NCBI GenBank assembly: GCA_964016885.1
Contig: OZ024743.1
Span: 8,990,001 to 9,054,000 of the forward strand
DNA length: 64,000 nt
Reading direction: 5' to 3'
DNA from: Eledone cirrhosa
Lineage: Eukaryota
Positions 13,351-32,327 of the stretch are shown one piece after another. Every line of letters begins with the position of its first letter. The first letter of the stretch is position 1. The notes beneath the pieces are model-generated. The model was given only the letters and a program-made list of their open reading frames with translations. It was not told the DNA's origin and ran no database searches. Both the position numbers and the translations under genes were made by a program.

Positions 13351-16300
13351 AAAGATAGTATGTAGGGTGAGAAAGAGTGAGTGTGAAATGTGAGGAATGA
13401 AGTCAATAAAATGTCAAGGCACTGTATAATATACACAACGAAATAAGGAAGGATATGGAAGTGGGCGAAGATAGGGTGGCATTAGAAAGATTAAAGGGAG
13501 CCACTGTAAGACCAGAAATAGAATGATGGAACGAGAGATAAGAGTGAAACGAAAATAAGTTAATGAAAATATATAAACAGGAAAGAAACAATGGTAACAA
13601 TATAGACCAATTATTGCTTAAAAACAGAACAGCTTATTTTTTAAATGGCAGCGAATTGGCAGAGTCGTTAGAATATTTCTCAGTATCACAACTGGCAACA
13701 CCATTTTGTTAACGTTTAGGCGCTTAGCTCATCATGGAGTGGTAGGGCGCCATCATGACAGATTTGAACACAGTTGATCTGATTTTTCTTCTAGAGGAAG
13801 AAAGAAAGAGAGAGAGAGAGAGAGAGAGAGGAAAGACAAACCCCAGTACTGGGATGTTATTTTATTTATTGACCTCGAAGGATGAACGTCAACCTTGACC
13901 ATGGCGGGATTTGAACTCACAGAGAGCCAGAACCAATACCGCAAATCATTCTATCCAACGTTCTAACGAATCCGCTAACTCATCGCCTCACAGGCGATAC
14001 CACTACATTCTAATATAAGCATGTTTTATATTCTCTTTTACAGGTTTCCCCTCGAAAGGTTTTAGTTGTTCGTATCAACTCTATTTATTGTTTTTCAAGC
14101 ATGATACTTATTTTATCTTTTCCTTTTTGTCAAACCGTTAAGATACAGAAATATTACCTACACATACATATATGCGACGGGCTTCCGCAACAGTTTCCAT
14201 CTATCAAATTTCACTTACAAGACATTGGCCAACTCAAAGTTTATGCAGGTGTATAGAACCTGAAATCACATGGTTGCGAAGCGAACTCCTTAACCACACA
14301 GCGAAACCTGCGCCAATCTGATTATTTTTCGAAGTATTTGTTAAATATTTACTTCTAAATTTGTATGACATTTTCTGTTAGTAGATAATTTTAAGATTTA
14401 CCAATGATTGACTTATGAATAGCACAAAAGTTGAGCAACAATGTAACTGGAAGACAACAAACACTTTCATAGTTTATAGTGTCATAACAGAATTTGAACA
14501 GAATCGAATGTAATATAAGAAAATGTTAGAGATGAGACTAAAAGAACAGACTTGAGTTAGATGGAGAACTGTCAGAAATGGTACACAAATCTAAAATATT
14601 TAATCATGAGTCAATGTGGGAATCCCTACGTTCGATGGAGATGGTTTCCAAATCTTTCTCCAACTGCTGCATTTTGGCATCCATCGACATTTGGGTGCAT
14701 AACCCTTTTGAGAACTGGCATTTTAGAGAAGAAAATAATTTTCTTATTTGAAAAACTGGATTTTATTCTACATATTTTTCAAATTCAGAGTTGATACTAT
14801 AAAACTACTCATTTACTAAACTATTAAACGTCGTTTAGCTTTTTACTCATGCTACGGATGGTGCTACTGTTTATACAAACAGGTGACATCTAAGTTGCAT
14901 TTACGCCGTATGCACTGGCACAAGTGGCACGTTTTGAGGTTATGCATATGACGACCTTAGATGACGAACATTTAGGCAAAGAAAATTTGTGCATAATGGA
15001 TTTCTCTTCTTCGTTAAATTGAGCGAAGCTATTAGTAAATTGAAATATTAGCTTTGTGAGCAAAGATAAATTTGAAAAGAAAGGCTGCATATAAAATCTT
15101 GAGAAGTGGTAAGAGAGCCAAACAAAAATACCATTCGCATGAAGTTTCAGCTGTACAACTAGAGATTGCAATTTTCAAAACTATTATAAAAAATGAGAGC
15201 ACTAGAGACTCTAGTTGTTAATGAATATTTGACAGGTCTATCTCAAGATAGATTTGCCATCATTCCTGATATGTCTGCTTTGAGAAAAGTAATGCGCATT
15301 ATGCGTGATTTTGTAAAGAATACCCCTCACTAATTTAACGTATTTACACAAATTAGTCTTGCCAGAATACTACTGATACAAAGTATATGTTCATCAACCA
15401 GATGTGAGAATGTTCAAATTATAGAAAGAAAATGAACCAACACTATTTTGAGACTCAAGCTGTTGAGTGTTACGAACGAATCATCTCATGATATTGAAAT
15501 GAAATGTTTCTTATTTTCACTTATTCCCAATTATGCAAAGGTATCTAGTTAATTTAGATTTCACTTAACTATATGGTACTAATACATGTGTCTCACCAAA
15601 AGCTAAAATCATTATTGTCTTTATCTTTATTTTTGAACAAAATTGTCAAACGTCTGGATGTTCTAGCAACTAAGTTGCCACAAGAACCTCAAGCTTTTCT
15701 TAACTAGCACATATTAGTTACCGAAACATACCAGGAGATGAATGACCATCTCCATTATTTCCCTCGAGATTTGGAAGCCTTATTAGAGAACGTTAAACGA
15801 GGAAGACCACACAAATAATCCTTAGGAAGCTGCCCATCGCTGGTTACAATGTGAAGTTATATACATAGCACATGGAAATTAAGAGATGGGATGAAGAAAA
15901 CAGATATATATTGATGCGTATTGTTAACGTTAGGCATGAACTACGACAGAAACTAACAAAAGTATGTATAGAGATGCTGATAAGAGAAACCATAGAAATG
16001 TTATTATAAACATAGAGACTGAAAATATCCGAGGAGCATTGTTCATAATTACCAAATGAAGAACTAAGTAAAGCTACATTTTCTACATATATATGGTCTT
16101 GGATACGTTTATCTAGGCAATATCAACTGATGTATGCGTTCTGACTGGCTCTTTTCGTAACTATTTTGTCATCAAGCAATTACCAGACAATATAATCAAT
16201 ATTATTGTGAATTGATCAATATTATCCTTGTTTTTCTGCACTTGATATTTATTTATACTTTTGGTTGAGCTGACTTATGGACCTAACGAGGAGCTAATTT

Positions 16301-16759
16301 TAGCATTTCTGTTGGCTCGTCTACATCCTTACGGTTAGTCGGTATTATTCATGCGTTTTCACAGTTTATGATTAGATTGCATGGCTGACGGCTGAAGCTA
16401 TGTGTAAATAATAAGATGTTGCTAACCGAAGAGAGCCAAACATCTTTATGATGTCTTCTTTCTAATAATGGTAATATGCATTATTTTTTTTCTCGAAACA
16501 GATCTGTAGAGGATTTAAAAATCGGTATTTGCCATCTTCATGTAAGGTCATTGCTTGCCTGCCCATTTCTTATGCTATTTATAGCTATATATCTACGCAA
16601 GGTCCTGGAATCGTTTGTCTTGGTAATATTAACTGATGTGTAGACTCTGACTGGTTCTTTTCACAACTATTTTGTCTCATCAAGCGATTACCTGACAATT
16701 TTCTATATTACAGTGTATCAATCAAAATTATCCCTACACACATACATACACACACACAC

Positions 16760-16838
<79 letters not shown>

Positions 16839-18179
16839 TATAAATTTATAATGTAAATTATTGTTTTATATCTTTTTGCAGTTATACCTTTGATTGATGT
16901 TAAATTAATCAAACAGAATTTGGCGCCAAGGGACCGTGTCAAATATCTGGTGCTCATCATAAAACATAGGAATGACTCACTGGATTATGTAATTTGAATT
17001 AATTGTCTAAAAAGATGGAATGGTTATGGTGAGAAATCCTGAAATCAAGGTTGACCTGGTTTATCATTCACATGAACTGAGAAAGACAGACCGAAGTTGG
17101 TGTCGGATGGTAAAGTGTGACTTGAGGCAAATTTAGCTACTATATCTAGTAGATCAAGCACTAATTAGAGTCGCCTTATTTCGATGTCAGGGAGATTGTT
17201 GAGGTGGTTTTCATTGGATCAACCTCGAAATTCTATTAATCACTAATAGGTTTTTATGCACCAGTCGAGACTCGCACAAACACATTTACTTGAGCCATTA
17301 ACTTTAATTGGGTATTGATGTTAAATGTTTGACTACAAATACACTCAGCTTTTAAAACAATATTTCTTTCATGTCTATTTAATTTCTATATTTAACAGTT
17401 GTAAATGCTGTTCCAGCTGATCTACCACAAAAGCCATTCCACCCGTAACCATCTTGTATTTTTATACATATATCATGGTCTGTTCAATGTGTCTGTTATC
17501 TAAGGTGGCAAGTTGTGATCCGAGGAGGATTTACCAGCTATTTCTAACAGGTCGATTATCATTTAGAGGCTTTTCTCATTTGATCGGATATTTAGCAGTT
17601 CTCACCAAATACGTGTAACTAGTTTTATACACTCCTTTCTCAGCTAATTATTTTTGCTAATTGTGTTAGAAACATCTAAAATTTTCCACCAGGAAGCTTC
17701 GATTTCTAGGCATGTAGTTATCTCCAATCATTTTTGATCGAGAAGACCAATAATCAAAAACATTTTAACCATAACTATCCTATATTTTTTCAGATACAAC
17801 ATATTTTAACTATATCAAGTATGCGACCTTTCATGTAATTACAGAAATTCTTCAAGATGATATTTTATACATCTATACATGAAGCCTATACAGATTAACT
17901 TGTAATACATATTAATGACTTAAATGACGCACAATTTCTACTAATCTCCCTCAGGACAGCAACAAGTTGCGAACGATACTGTATAAATGACAAAAAAACA
18001 AAACAAAATTAAAAAATATACTCACACACAACAGAAAAAAATGCATCTGTCCCCCCCCCCCCCCAAAAAAAAAAAACACACACAGACACACAAAAACACG
18101 TATAAATGGAAATGTGAAGCGATGATATTCTAAATTGCATGGAAGATTTTAAATACCTATGTTGTTATGGGATGAGTGC

Positions 18180-18480
18180 AGTGTGTAACAAATTGGCCAA
18201 TATTTGCCCATCTGATCTAAGCTGATCTTTTAAAACCAACATTTTTCATGCTTTCGTTGAGCCAGTTCTCTTCTATGAATACTAAACATGGACATTTCCT
18301 ACATGGTTTAAAAAAACGGTTAGATACTTGTTACATTCGACTTTTAGTAGGCTACAAGATCTTTCGTAGATATTAAACACATTTATGGGACTTTATAGCT
18401 CATTAAAGAATCAATGTAGAGTACAGTATGCTGAATGCAGGAAAAGGCTGTAAGCCCTCCTATCCAGACGTATTCGTCAG
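18180..18480 (+). mobile_element. Very old RTE-like fragment
   Basis: Residual IFHAFVEPVLFYEY*TWT motif. Confidence 0.4.
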
Positions 18481-19269
18481 AAATTTGGGAGATGAAATGC
18501 AAGATCTTGGTATGGTAATGAGGGATCGTGAACTATAGGGAGGAATGGGGAAGTCTGCTTGACTAAAGATGCCAAAAAAAGGATGAAATTAAATGCACCT
18601 TTCCTCTTTGATGTCGAGTGTAATGTAGAGGAGTCTTGGTTGCTATTTCTTGCATATCCAACGGCCGGGTACAAATATCCACTCTTATATTATATAAAAG
18701 ATATCTAACAATACAGACTGTATAGTATAATATATTGGACGTTAATACTTTCACTTGGTATTCATAATCATAGTTTCCTTGTTGTTGTTGTCGTTGTTGT
18801 ATAACCACTCGTCAGCCTTGATGCAGTAAAATTACGATCAAAGGGTTTTCAGTCGTAGCTATTTCCGTGGAGACAATTTCGATGCAACCTCTTAACTTGC
18901 TAGAAATAACAGCCACATCTCCAGCTCACACTGTACGGTTTTAATGAATGGTAAATTAGATAATATTAATCTTAGAAATATTATTTTTGCGAGAAAGTCG
19001 GAGATAACTACGACTGAAATGTCTTTCATCATAATTTTGCTGCTTCAAGGCTGACCAGTGGCTAAACAACAACGAAGACGACAGCAGCAACAGCAACAAC
19101 AAGACAAACGACACAACAACAAGAATGTCTTCCTATGTCTCCAGAACATATATTACATCGTACAATATTTGCCAGGAAATTCCTTCTCCATTCTTTTTTT
19201 CTTATAGACAAGAGTTTAATGACCCAGTAATATAAATCTTATTCATCATATTCTCCTTTCTCTCCTTTT

Positions 19270-19313
<44 letters not shown>

Positions 19314-19324
19314 TATATAACATG

Positions 19325-19373
<49 letters not shown>

Positions 19374-19396
19374 TATACACATGCAAACACACACAC

Positions 19397-19567
<171 letters not shown>

Positions 19568-20399
19568 TATATATTCATCTCGGTCACGATTAAATAAAGT
19601 AGTAAGAACATAGAAGAATTTTTAATTCAGAAGAAATAAATGCTAAATTGATTCTATCGTTGCAAATAGGAAGTAAAATATGAATCTTAGCGAAGTGTTT
19701 AGTCGCAATATCCTATTTCCTTACCATAATTACAACCTGAAGAAACATCAGACGAAAATCTATGCCAGTGGCAAAACATTGATGTTAGATATTAGATGGG
19801 GAATAGTATTTCAAATGTCTACACCTAAACAAACACATATTTCAATCTCGCATTTATCGAATGTTAGCAACAGTAAAATAAATACATCAATAAGGGATCT
19901 CCAAACGCCATGGCAACTGGTTTACAGTTCATCTATATAAATAAATAAATCTTCTGTAGCTTCAAGTGTTGGGAGTATTTAATTAAAAATAAAAAAAATA
20001 TCATAACTATTTTATAAGCTTATATATTTACATGTGAAAATATGTTTGTTCCATTAGTTATTAAATCTATAGAAAAAGAAATGAAGTATTGTTTGTCATT
20101 ATGTATAGAAATATTTATGAAAGGTGTTTAAACGGATTGATATTCTTTTCCCTTTTACACATGTATTTATATGGTTTAATGCTTTCCTGTCACAGTATTA
20201 AAATTTATTATATAAATTTAATTGAACTATGTCTGTTCCCCACATATCATTGATTTGTTTGTCATACGCTTCTGGTTAAAATATGGCAACCCTATTTTTA
20301 TTCACTCTACACTTGATATGTCTAACTAGTTTAATCACAATTTTAACCCATGTAAGTTACATTAACCGTTCGGCTTTTCCCCTTCACTTCCTTTTTCCA

Positions 20400-20835
20400 G
20401 GAACCCTCTAGAGTTGTAGGGGAGCTGTAGAATGGAACGATGTACCATATACCCCCTCAAAGACATGGATTGACGAGTAGTTTTATCGTTCCATTCCGTG
20501 ATGTTACCCATCCATTTTTCTTCTGATGGCCTTGCCTTCTTTTCGCCTTATCTGTTCCTTGATAAATGGCCGCGATCATTTCATCAGATCTTGTTAAGTG
20601 ACCATATAATCTCAGTTTTCTTTTCTTTACAGTGATTAGCAAATCTTTGTAGTTATTTAAATGTTGCCTGACTGTCATTTTGTTTATGTGTGCTATGTAG
20701 AAGATGCCCACGGATTTTCTCTAGCATCTCATTACGAATATCAGTATTTTCGTTTGTAATTCCATCGAGAGCGTTTACATCTTGCAGGTATGTAAAACGA
20801 TGGAAAGTACTAGAGCGCGCATGAGTTTCAGTTTA
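20400..20835 (-). mobile_element. Old RTE-like LINE fragment
   Basis: DLLITVKKRKLRLYGHLTRS...QGT...RRQGHQKK. Confidence 0.7.
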
Positions 20836-20915
20836 GCTTTGAGATTGATGTTTCAAGATTAGATTACTTGCTTTACAAGTTAATGTTAACAAAGAATTTA
20901 ACACATTGTTAAATG

Positions 20916-20946
<31 letters not shown>

Positions 20947-21062
20947 CTTCTTGAAGAGCAAACTAAGAGAGGCTGGTATGAAAGGTAGAGTATCAATGAA
21001 AGCTGTGGAGAGACTACGTTTATTACGGGAAGCTGAAGAATTAAACAAGGATAACATTATAT

Positions 21063-21567
21063 GAGGAGGGTGACTTTGGACATCCTGCAGGACTAAAAAC
21101 AAAACCCGTCAAAGGGCAAAGGAGCTCTTAAGAGTCAATGGCCATCCAAAATCACTGGGAGAGATGACCCCTTAGCCTTTGTCAAGGCAGAATTCTAGGA
21201 GAAGGAAAACTCTGATATAACACCTGCAACCCTGATGGTATCCAATGATGTTGACTTGTTCTTCTTTTTGGTAAATATCATCTTGGTTAAGAGAGTGGGA
21301 CTGGCTTTGTGCAGTGCCTTTGCTCACTATGAAAGCTTCACGGCACAGGCATTGCTTTATATCTGGAGATCTCTCTGCACTTGTCGTCACATGGTACCAA
21401 AGGCAATGCACTATGTGTCAATAATTGTCACAGGTGTAGTGTTTGTACCAGAGTTTTCAAGTCGCTGGCTGGACTAAAAAGTCACACTCGTTCAGCGCAT
21501 CGGTAGGGGTTCTCCTACATGGATGTAAAGTAGTGGCCGTACTCGAAAACGAGTTGGCAGCCACCAT
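21063..21567 (+). mobile_element. Non-autonomous RTE-derived element, copy 2 (5'-truncated, chimeric)
   Basis: Matches copy 1 from gaggagggtgactttgg onward; (TATG)n flanks. Confidence 0.85.
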
Positions 21568-22084
21568 GTATGTATGTATGTATGTATGTATGTATGTATG
21601 TATGTATGTATGTATGTATGTATGTATGTATGTATGTATGTATGTATGTATGTATGTATGTATGTATGTATGTATTATATATGATTATGTATTATGTATG
21701 TATTATATATGATTATGTATTATGTATGTATTATATATGACGATGTATGTATGTATGTGTCTGTGTGTGAGTGTCTAAATTATTACTACACTGCTTTAGA
21801 ATTTGATTTACGTATACTTAGATTGAATATTAAATGTGATACATACATAAATACATTCAAATATACATACATAGATACATACATATACACATAAATACAC
21901 ACATATATACATATATATATACAAACATACATATCGAAGGTAGATTCCCTGTTCATTAAGGTACTTCAGTAATCGGTGTTCACTGTGGGTTACAGGTATA
22001 TACATAAGACCAAGTATTGTTCATAGTATACTTACATATATCTGAATAGAGTAAAAGTACTAGAATGGACCCATGTCAACTCTC

Positions 22085-22159
<75 letters not shown>

Positions 22160-22530
22160 CACATCTCATATGTTCACCAGCTTTTTTCATTCTAATTTCA
22201 CTTAATGTTTCAACATCTCTGAAAGAGCTGGTCATATTCAAGACAACCAAACCGTTTATGATGTGAATAAAAAGTCAAGCTGTTTACATAAATATTCCCA
22301 ATTTATATATATATACTGTATATATATATATATATGAAAACATTAGGATATCCCTGATGATTTCATAGAATGAAACAGTTCTCGTCCCGTAGAAGTTATT
22401 TCTGTGTGTATATATATATATATGTATAATATGTTAAGGTATCAATACATATTTAATATGTATCTTTCTCAATAAATAAATTCAATGGAATATTAGTTCA
22501 GAGCATCAATAATTCAAGAAACTTCCTAAA

Positions 22531-22587
<57 letters not shown>

Positions 22588-22599
22588 TATATATACACA

Positions 22600-22692
<93 letters not shown>

Positions 22693-22696
22693 GTCT

Positions 22697-24887
<2,191 letters not shown>

Positions 24888-25302
24888 CGAGAGAACCATA
24901 TATCGATGGAGATATATTTTGCATACCTATATAAAGCAAATACTATTCAGGAAAATGTACATACTTCAAGGTGGAAAGGATTACTTCTTCCTTACAGTAC
25001 TGTTTCATAGTCCCCCTCCCCACAAAAAAACGAAGTAAACATTTAAGCCATAAATTATCGATTACCAACTATCGATTTTGGTAAAACACACTGAGGACAA
25101 GGATCTAATCATCAGAAGTACTGTCTCTACATATGTCATACGGTGTACAAAATACCTTTATATCTGTCGAGAGCAGAGAGTTTGTGTAAAATTAACTCCA
25201 CATCATATCAAAACTTCAATTGTAAAAGGGATCCCAGTCTGACTCTGACACAAGCCATTTGGAACACCCTCATGTATATATATATATATATAGGAGGTCC
25301 AT

Positions 25303-25400
<98 letters not shown>

Positions 25401-25700
25401 ATGGACCTCCTTCGGTTTCAACGATCAACGGTTGTTCGTGGATACTCATGAAATCAACGTGTACAGACACGCACACCTTTGACGTAATTATCAGGAAAAT
25501 TTATTATAATGCAGTATGTATGTAACAAATCTGTTCTCTTTGAATCAGACGGGTTTTCTACATTGAATCAGACGGGTTTTCACTCAATGGTATCAAACCC
25601 AGGACCTAATGATAGCAAAACGAACCATTTGGCAACACTATGTCCCTCACTAATACACATACACGCACACACATATTTCTCCCCGTCTCTCGCTCTCTCT

Positions 25701-25778
<78 letters not shown>

Positions 25779-26326
25779 ATTATGTTTCATGGATTATGTC
25801 TCATGGATTATGTGAGTGGTGAGCGAAGACAGTGGTACGGCCTTGCCTACGATACAATAAGGTTTATAGTATGTTGAAAGTTTTTGATATGTTGGTGTTT
25901 CCCTGCATCCGGGACTGTATATCATACAGATGTATGCGAATAAATGACTTAATAATTCAGCCCACATAATAAGATCGATTGCCTGCTTCAACTGCCTGAC
26001 CCTGCAAATATCATTCTGACGCACTCTAATCATGTATAAATAAGACACGCGTGCATGCTACACGTGAGATTGTTTCATACACTGACTACTCTAAACTTTC
26101 CTCTTGCTTTATCTTCATAGACTGCCAACGCTTCATGTTTATCCTTATTTTCATTTTTGTTTTTATTTTTATTTTTATTTTTATTTTTATCCTGTAACCT
26201 TTATATGTAAATTGCCATGCTATATCATTTGATGAATGTCACCCCACCGTTGATCAATATGCGCATATGTTTTATATGTCTCTTGGGTTGAAAAGGAGGT
26301 CAAGTATGTTATAGATCAGTAAATAG

Positions 26327-26375
26327 TTGCTCCGAAGAATCCAAACCTCGGTTTGAAGGAAACAATTGTAAGCAA
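26327..26375 (+). ncRNA. Type I hammerhead, U4C core variant
   Basis: Near-identical to 56887-56935, within a ~140-bp repeat (26281-26425 and 56849-56983). Confidence 0.7.
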
Positions 26376-26409
26376 ATAAATGACTTAAACTGAACTTTGA
26401 TTATTGTAA

Positions 26410-26440
<31 letters not shown>

Positions 26441-26441
<1 letters not shown>

Positions 26442-26714
26442 AAAACAGGTGACACAGGTTTTGTTTAGAAACGTCTAGCGAATTTGAAAATTAGGTAGTA
26501 ACATGTGCTTACGTCGTATTTGACTAAATAAAATGGAAAAACGATGAGTATTGACGTACATTACACAATGGTAAAACATTGGTCCGACCAATCAAATATG
26601 TGGGTTCGTGTCCCATGTACGTCGATACTCATCCTTTTTTTTCCATTCAAGGGTTTTTTAAAATCCCAACTAACAGACTAATTCTATTTAGTCAAATATG
26701 ATGTAAGCACATGT

Positions 26715-26720
<6 letters not shown>
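26441..26720. repeat. Degenerate fold-back element in (TA)n
   Basis: tagtaacatgtgcttacgtcgtatttgactaaata pairs with tatttagtcaaatatgatgtaagcacatgttacta; gatgagtattgacgtacat pairs with atgtacgtcgatactcatc. Confidence 0.75.
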
Positions 26721-28348
<1,628 letters not shown>

Positions 28349-30746
28349 TGTAAAGAGACAGACAATATTTAGTGATTGAAAATATACTTTCTTTTCTGGT
28401 TCTAGTGAAAGTTAATACTGCTCCAATGTACGAAGTTAGTACTGCTGCCAAGTTTGATGATGTATGCTACACAAAGTATTACATTGCACCAAAGCTAAAT
28501 TTACAATTTAAATATCATTCCATCAGTTATTTACCCCCAGATATCTATATAAAATGATCTTTGTGTTTGTTTTTGTTATTTAGTTCTATGTCAGCCCCGA
28601 TCAGATAATCCTATGATCAAATCCATTTTAGCTATGACCAATGATCATTTTACATTTTTTAAACATGTTAGATTACATTGTCTAATGCATCTTTCCTCTT
28701 TCAAGAAGAGATGGTATAATTAGAGGGTGATTTGGATGCTACTTCTAGCGGATCGGGTGACTCTGAAAAGGCTAACAAGTGAAGAGAAAAGGTTGTATCT
28801 TTTTTTAATGAAAATAAAAGTGCAACCGAACTATAACTCGAGCTGTGCCAATTAACATAGTTTCGGGTCAAATATGTACATAGTTGTGAAAATTCACTAG
28901 ATAGCAACAATCACCAGAATCCCTATTTTGCAGATTTTTGGCACGCAATACATCCTTAAGTTCAATATTTCTTATCGATGTTTGCTTCAGTGCTCTGTAG
29001 CTTGTTGGCAATGTTTGGAGGTGATTCAAATATTCTGATGCTTCTAGTATTGGAGACATGAAGTTTTTAAATCAATGATAGCTCGCCTCTCTAACTATCA
29101 ATTATCACCGTTAAGATATTAGAGTAGATGATTTTTCTCCCATAGAACCGTATGATTTTGAAAGAATATAAAATAATCTGGAATTTTACAAAACAGCAAT
29201 TTGGAAATGAAAAGATTTGAAATTTAAAGCAAGTTTCAAAATTACGCCTCTATCTTTAAATGTGCTTTGTATGTTTGTCATTAGTATTCCTCAGTAGTTT
29301 TCAGCTTCTGACCTGAAATATTCATGTCACATATTTGTGTAGTAACATCATACGCAGAAAATATCATTTCTTTTCCCCCCATTTCTTTCGTCAATTGATT
29401 CCAAACACAGGGCTCTGGGAAATTGAGGGTAGAATATATCTCTACTAGGCTCATCTATGCGTTTTGTAATAAGGTTTTTAGTGACAGAAGTCTCATGATT
29501 TTTGTCCAGAACAAAATGTGGAACATTTTTAATATTCTCAAACACTTCCTACTATTTATTTTGACCTCACCCCCCTAAAAAAAAACCCTCAGCTAATTGC
29601 TTAACGGAAGCGTGATTGAAATAAATACAAAAAATAAAACAAAACAACAGAACAAAGTGAAACAAAAAAAAAATGCCAAGCGCTTATGGTGCTAATATAA
29701 TGAACACGAATAATAGGCCATTATTGTTCTGAAGAGGATTAGTGAACAATCCCAACCCACGCGTTTCGCTTAAACATCATAGCATCATAGCATCATAGCT
29801 ATGTTGTAAGAATAGAATGAATGAATATATATATATATGTATGTATGTATGTATGTATACGCAAATTGCATATAATGTATTATGAAGCAATTGTATCTGC
29901 GCCTTTGAATATATACATGTAAGTCTAATTGATGGACATAATTGATAAATATATTTTAAAATTGCTGATCCAAGGATTGTCTGTCTCATTCCTGCTGTGT
30001 TTTTTTATTTCCAATGATCATACCTCAGCCATAATCTTTATGTATGAATAACAAAAGTTATCTAGATAATCTCTATAGTGTATACTAGTGGTTAATTATA
30101 TCAATTCACAATGTATTGATGGATATAACGAAACTGTCAACCTCACCTGCTGTGATACGGATATGGGCAAAGTAATAAACACAGACTTCTCTTGAGAAAG
30201 AAAGTGCTCACCGAAAATGAGTTATCTCCATAGAAGTAAAGAGACGTGTAGAAAGGATGATAGGTTTTCAGTATTGATAGAATATACTTCATATAAATAT
30301 AGAAAAACAAAAACTCAAACAAATAAAAGAAGGCATCTGTTATATAGTTTCTCTGAAAAGATTTTATCATAACGTTTCTAGAAACCAAAACACCATATCA
30401 CATACTGCAGGGTAAATCAAATAAAACGGAAGTATCATTCTCAGAAAGGAAATATTAAAGTATATCATTTGGTTTCTAGGATTCCTGCCAAACATAGCGA
30501 AAACATTTCAACTTATTGTTGAAGGTCAAGGTCAATGTATGACAGACATACAATAAAATTTTATATTGGCAGTATCAGTAGAGTTGGACCCTATGCTTTG
30601 CAGCATAGAGTTAGTTCCCTTTACGGTCTGAGTTCAAATCCTGCCGAAGTTAAGTTTGCCTTTCATCCTTAAGGGGTTGATAAAATAAAGTACCAGTAAT
30701 GCACTGGAAAAATTGCTGGCTTTGTGCCAAAATATAGAAATATATA

Positions 30747-30842
<96 letters not shown>

Positions 30843-30884
30843 ATGATATTAATAAATGGAAACTATATTTATAAAAGCATATTT

Positions 30885-30943
30885 ATTCTATTATATATAT
30901 TTCAAGGGTACCAAAACTTTGGTACGCTCTCATCAGATAAAAT
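30885..30943 (-). ncRNA. Type I hammerhead ribozyme
   Basis: Minus strand: ATTTTAT-CTGATGA-GAGCGTACCAA agtt TTGGTACCCTT-GAAA-TATATA-TA-ATAGAAT. Confidence 0.85.
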
Positions 30944-32231
30944 ACAGAGCTTGTTTTATAAATATTGACATATCTGGACAGAATTAGCCGTCAAAACGGC
31001 TTGAGCTCAGCCGTCGGGGTCCTACTTGTTCCTATTACCCACTCTACTACCCTAAGTATTGAGTACTTTGGTGCGTTATGGTCCATCTGGTTCCTTACCA
31101 CATTTCCTTCGTTATATATATATATATAATTAGGAGACGAAGCAAGTCATATAGAACAGGCATAGCTTCGGTCGTTTCCTCACTCACTCTATGGAAAACC
31201 AAGTTCGTATTATTTAAACTCGAACCCATCTAGTCAGAGTGCACACTTTTGTTAAACAGCGAGGGAAACGATTTCGTGTCGGTAAGATGATATAGTACCC
31301 GGACTGCTATAACAGTTTCCACGATCCTGAAAGTTAAATATACATACTATATACATTTATAGCAATATATTTGTAAACTGGAATAAATTGTAGGTTTAAA
31401 AGATATTTGCGATTTTATCAGCGTTATTACAATGAATATATACAAAGATATGAATAACATATGCAAAGAAGAAGCGAGTATACCAAATGAATGTGGTTGG
31501 TCTATCGCCTGAATTACATTCTGCTATTTTGAAGAGTATTCTTCCGAATTGAAGCCAAAATGTATTAAACGTTATGGTTGAAATATTTCCCTGTCTGCAT
31601 ATTTCCCACTCTTCGTTACCATACATTCGACATACTGGATATTGAGCGAGAAAAGTGTCTCAGTAAAGTTGCAACAAATGTCGAGTATGCAAGCTAAGAT
31701 TTTAATTTCAATTTTAAAAAGTTAACAAAAACTATCTCTCTATCTTCCATTTTGTATTCTTCAATGTAAGGGACTCATATGAAGCTTGGCTATTCCTTTA
31801 CGTCTAGAAAATTAAAATGATGATGACGTTCGAGATTTTTTCTTTCAATTATTTTACATATCTTGAACTTATCTCTAAACGTTTATCATGTTTGGTTTGT
31901 TGCTTCTGTCACACTTTTAGAATGTCACACACTCACAAGTTTGTATATAAACATGCATACATACGCGAGCGCACACAGACATATATATTTACATGCATAC
32001 ACATATTCACACGGGATCTTGTACTTAATCATTCTGGGAATAAAGGGAAGTTGACAATCTACGTTCAAATTTCATGTTTTATATGCCAATACTTGATCGA
32101 AGATGGTCAATTGTTCGTTGTTACAATTGTAATTGGTATTATAAATAGATAGACAGAGAGGGTTATAGATAGATAGAGACTGTGCGAAAGAGTAAGATAG
32201 ATAGATATAAGAGATAGGTAGATAGAGATAA

Positions 32232-32327
<96 letters not shown>

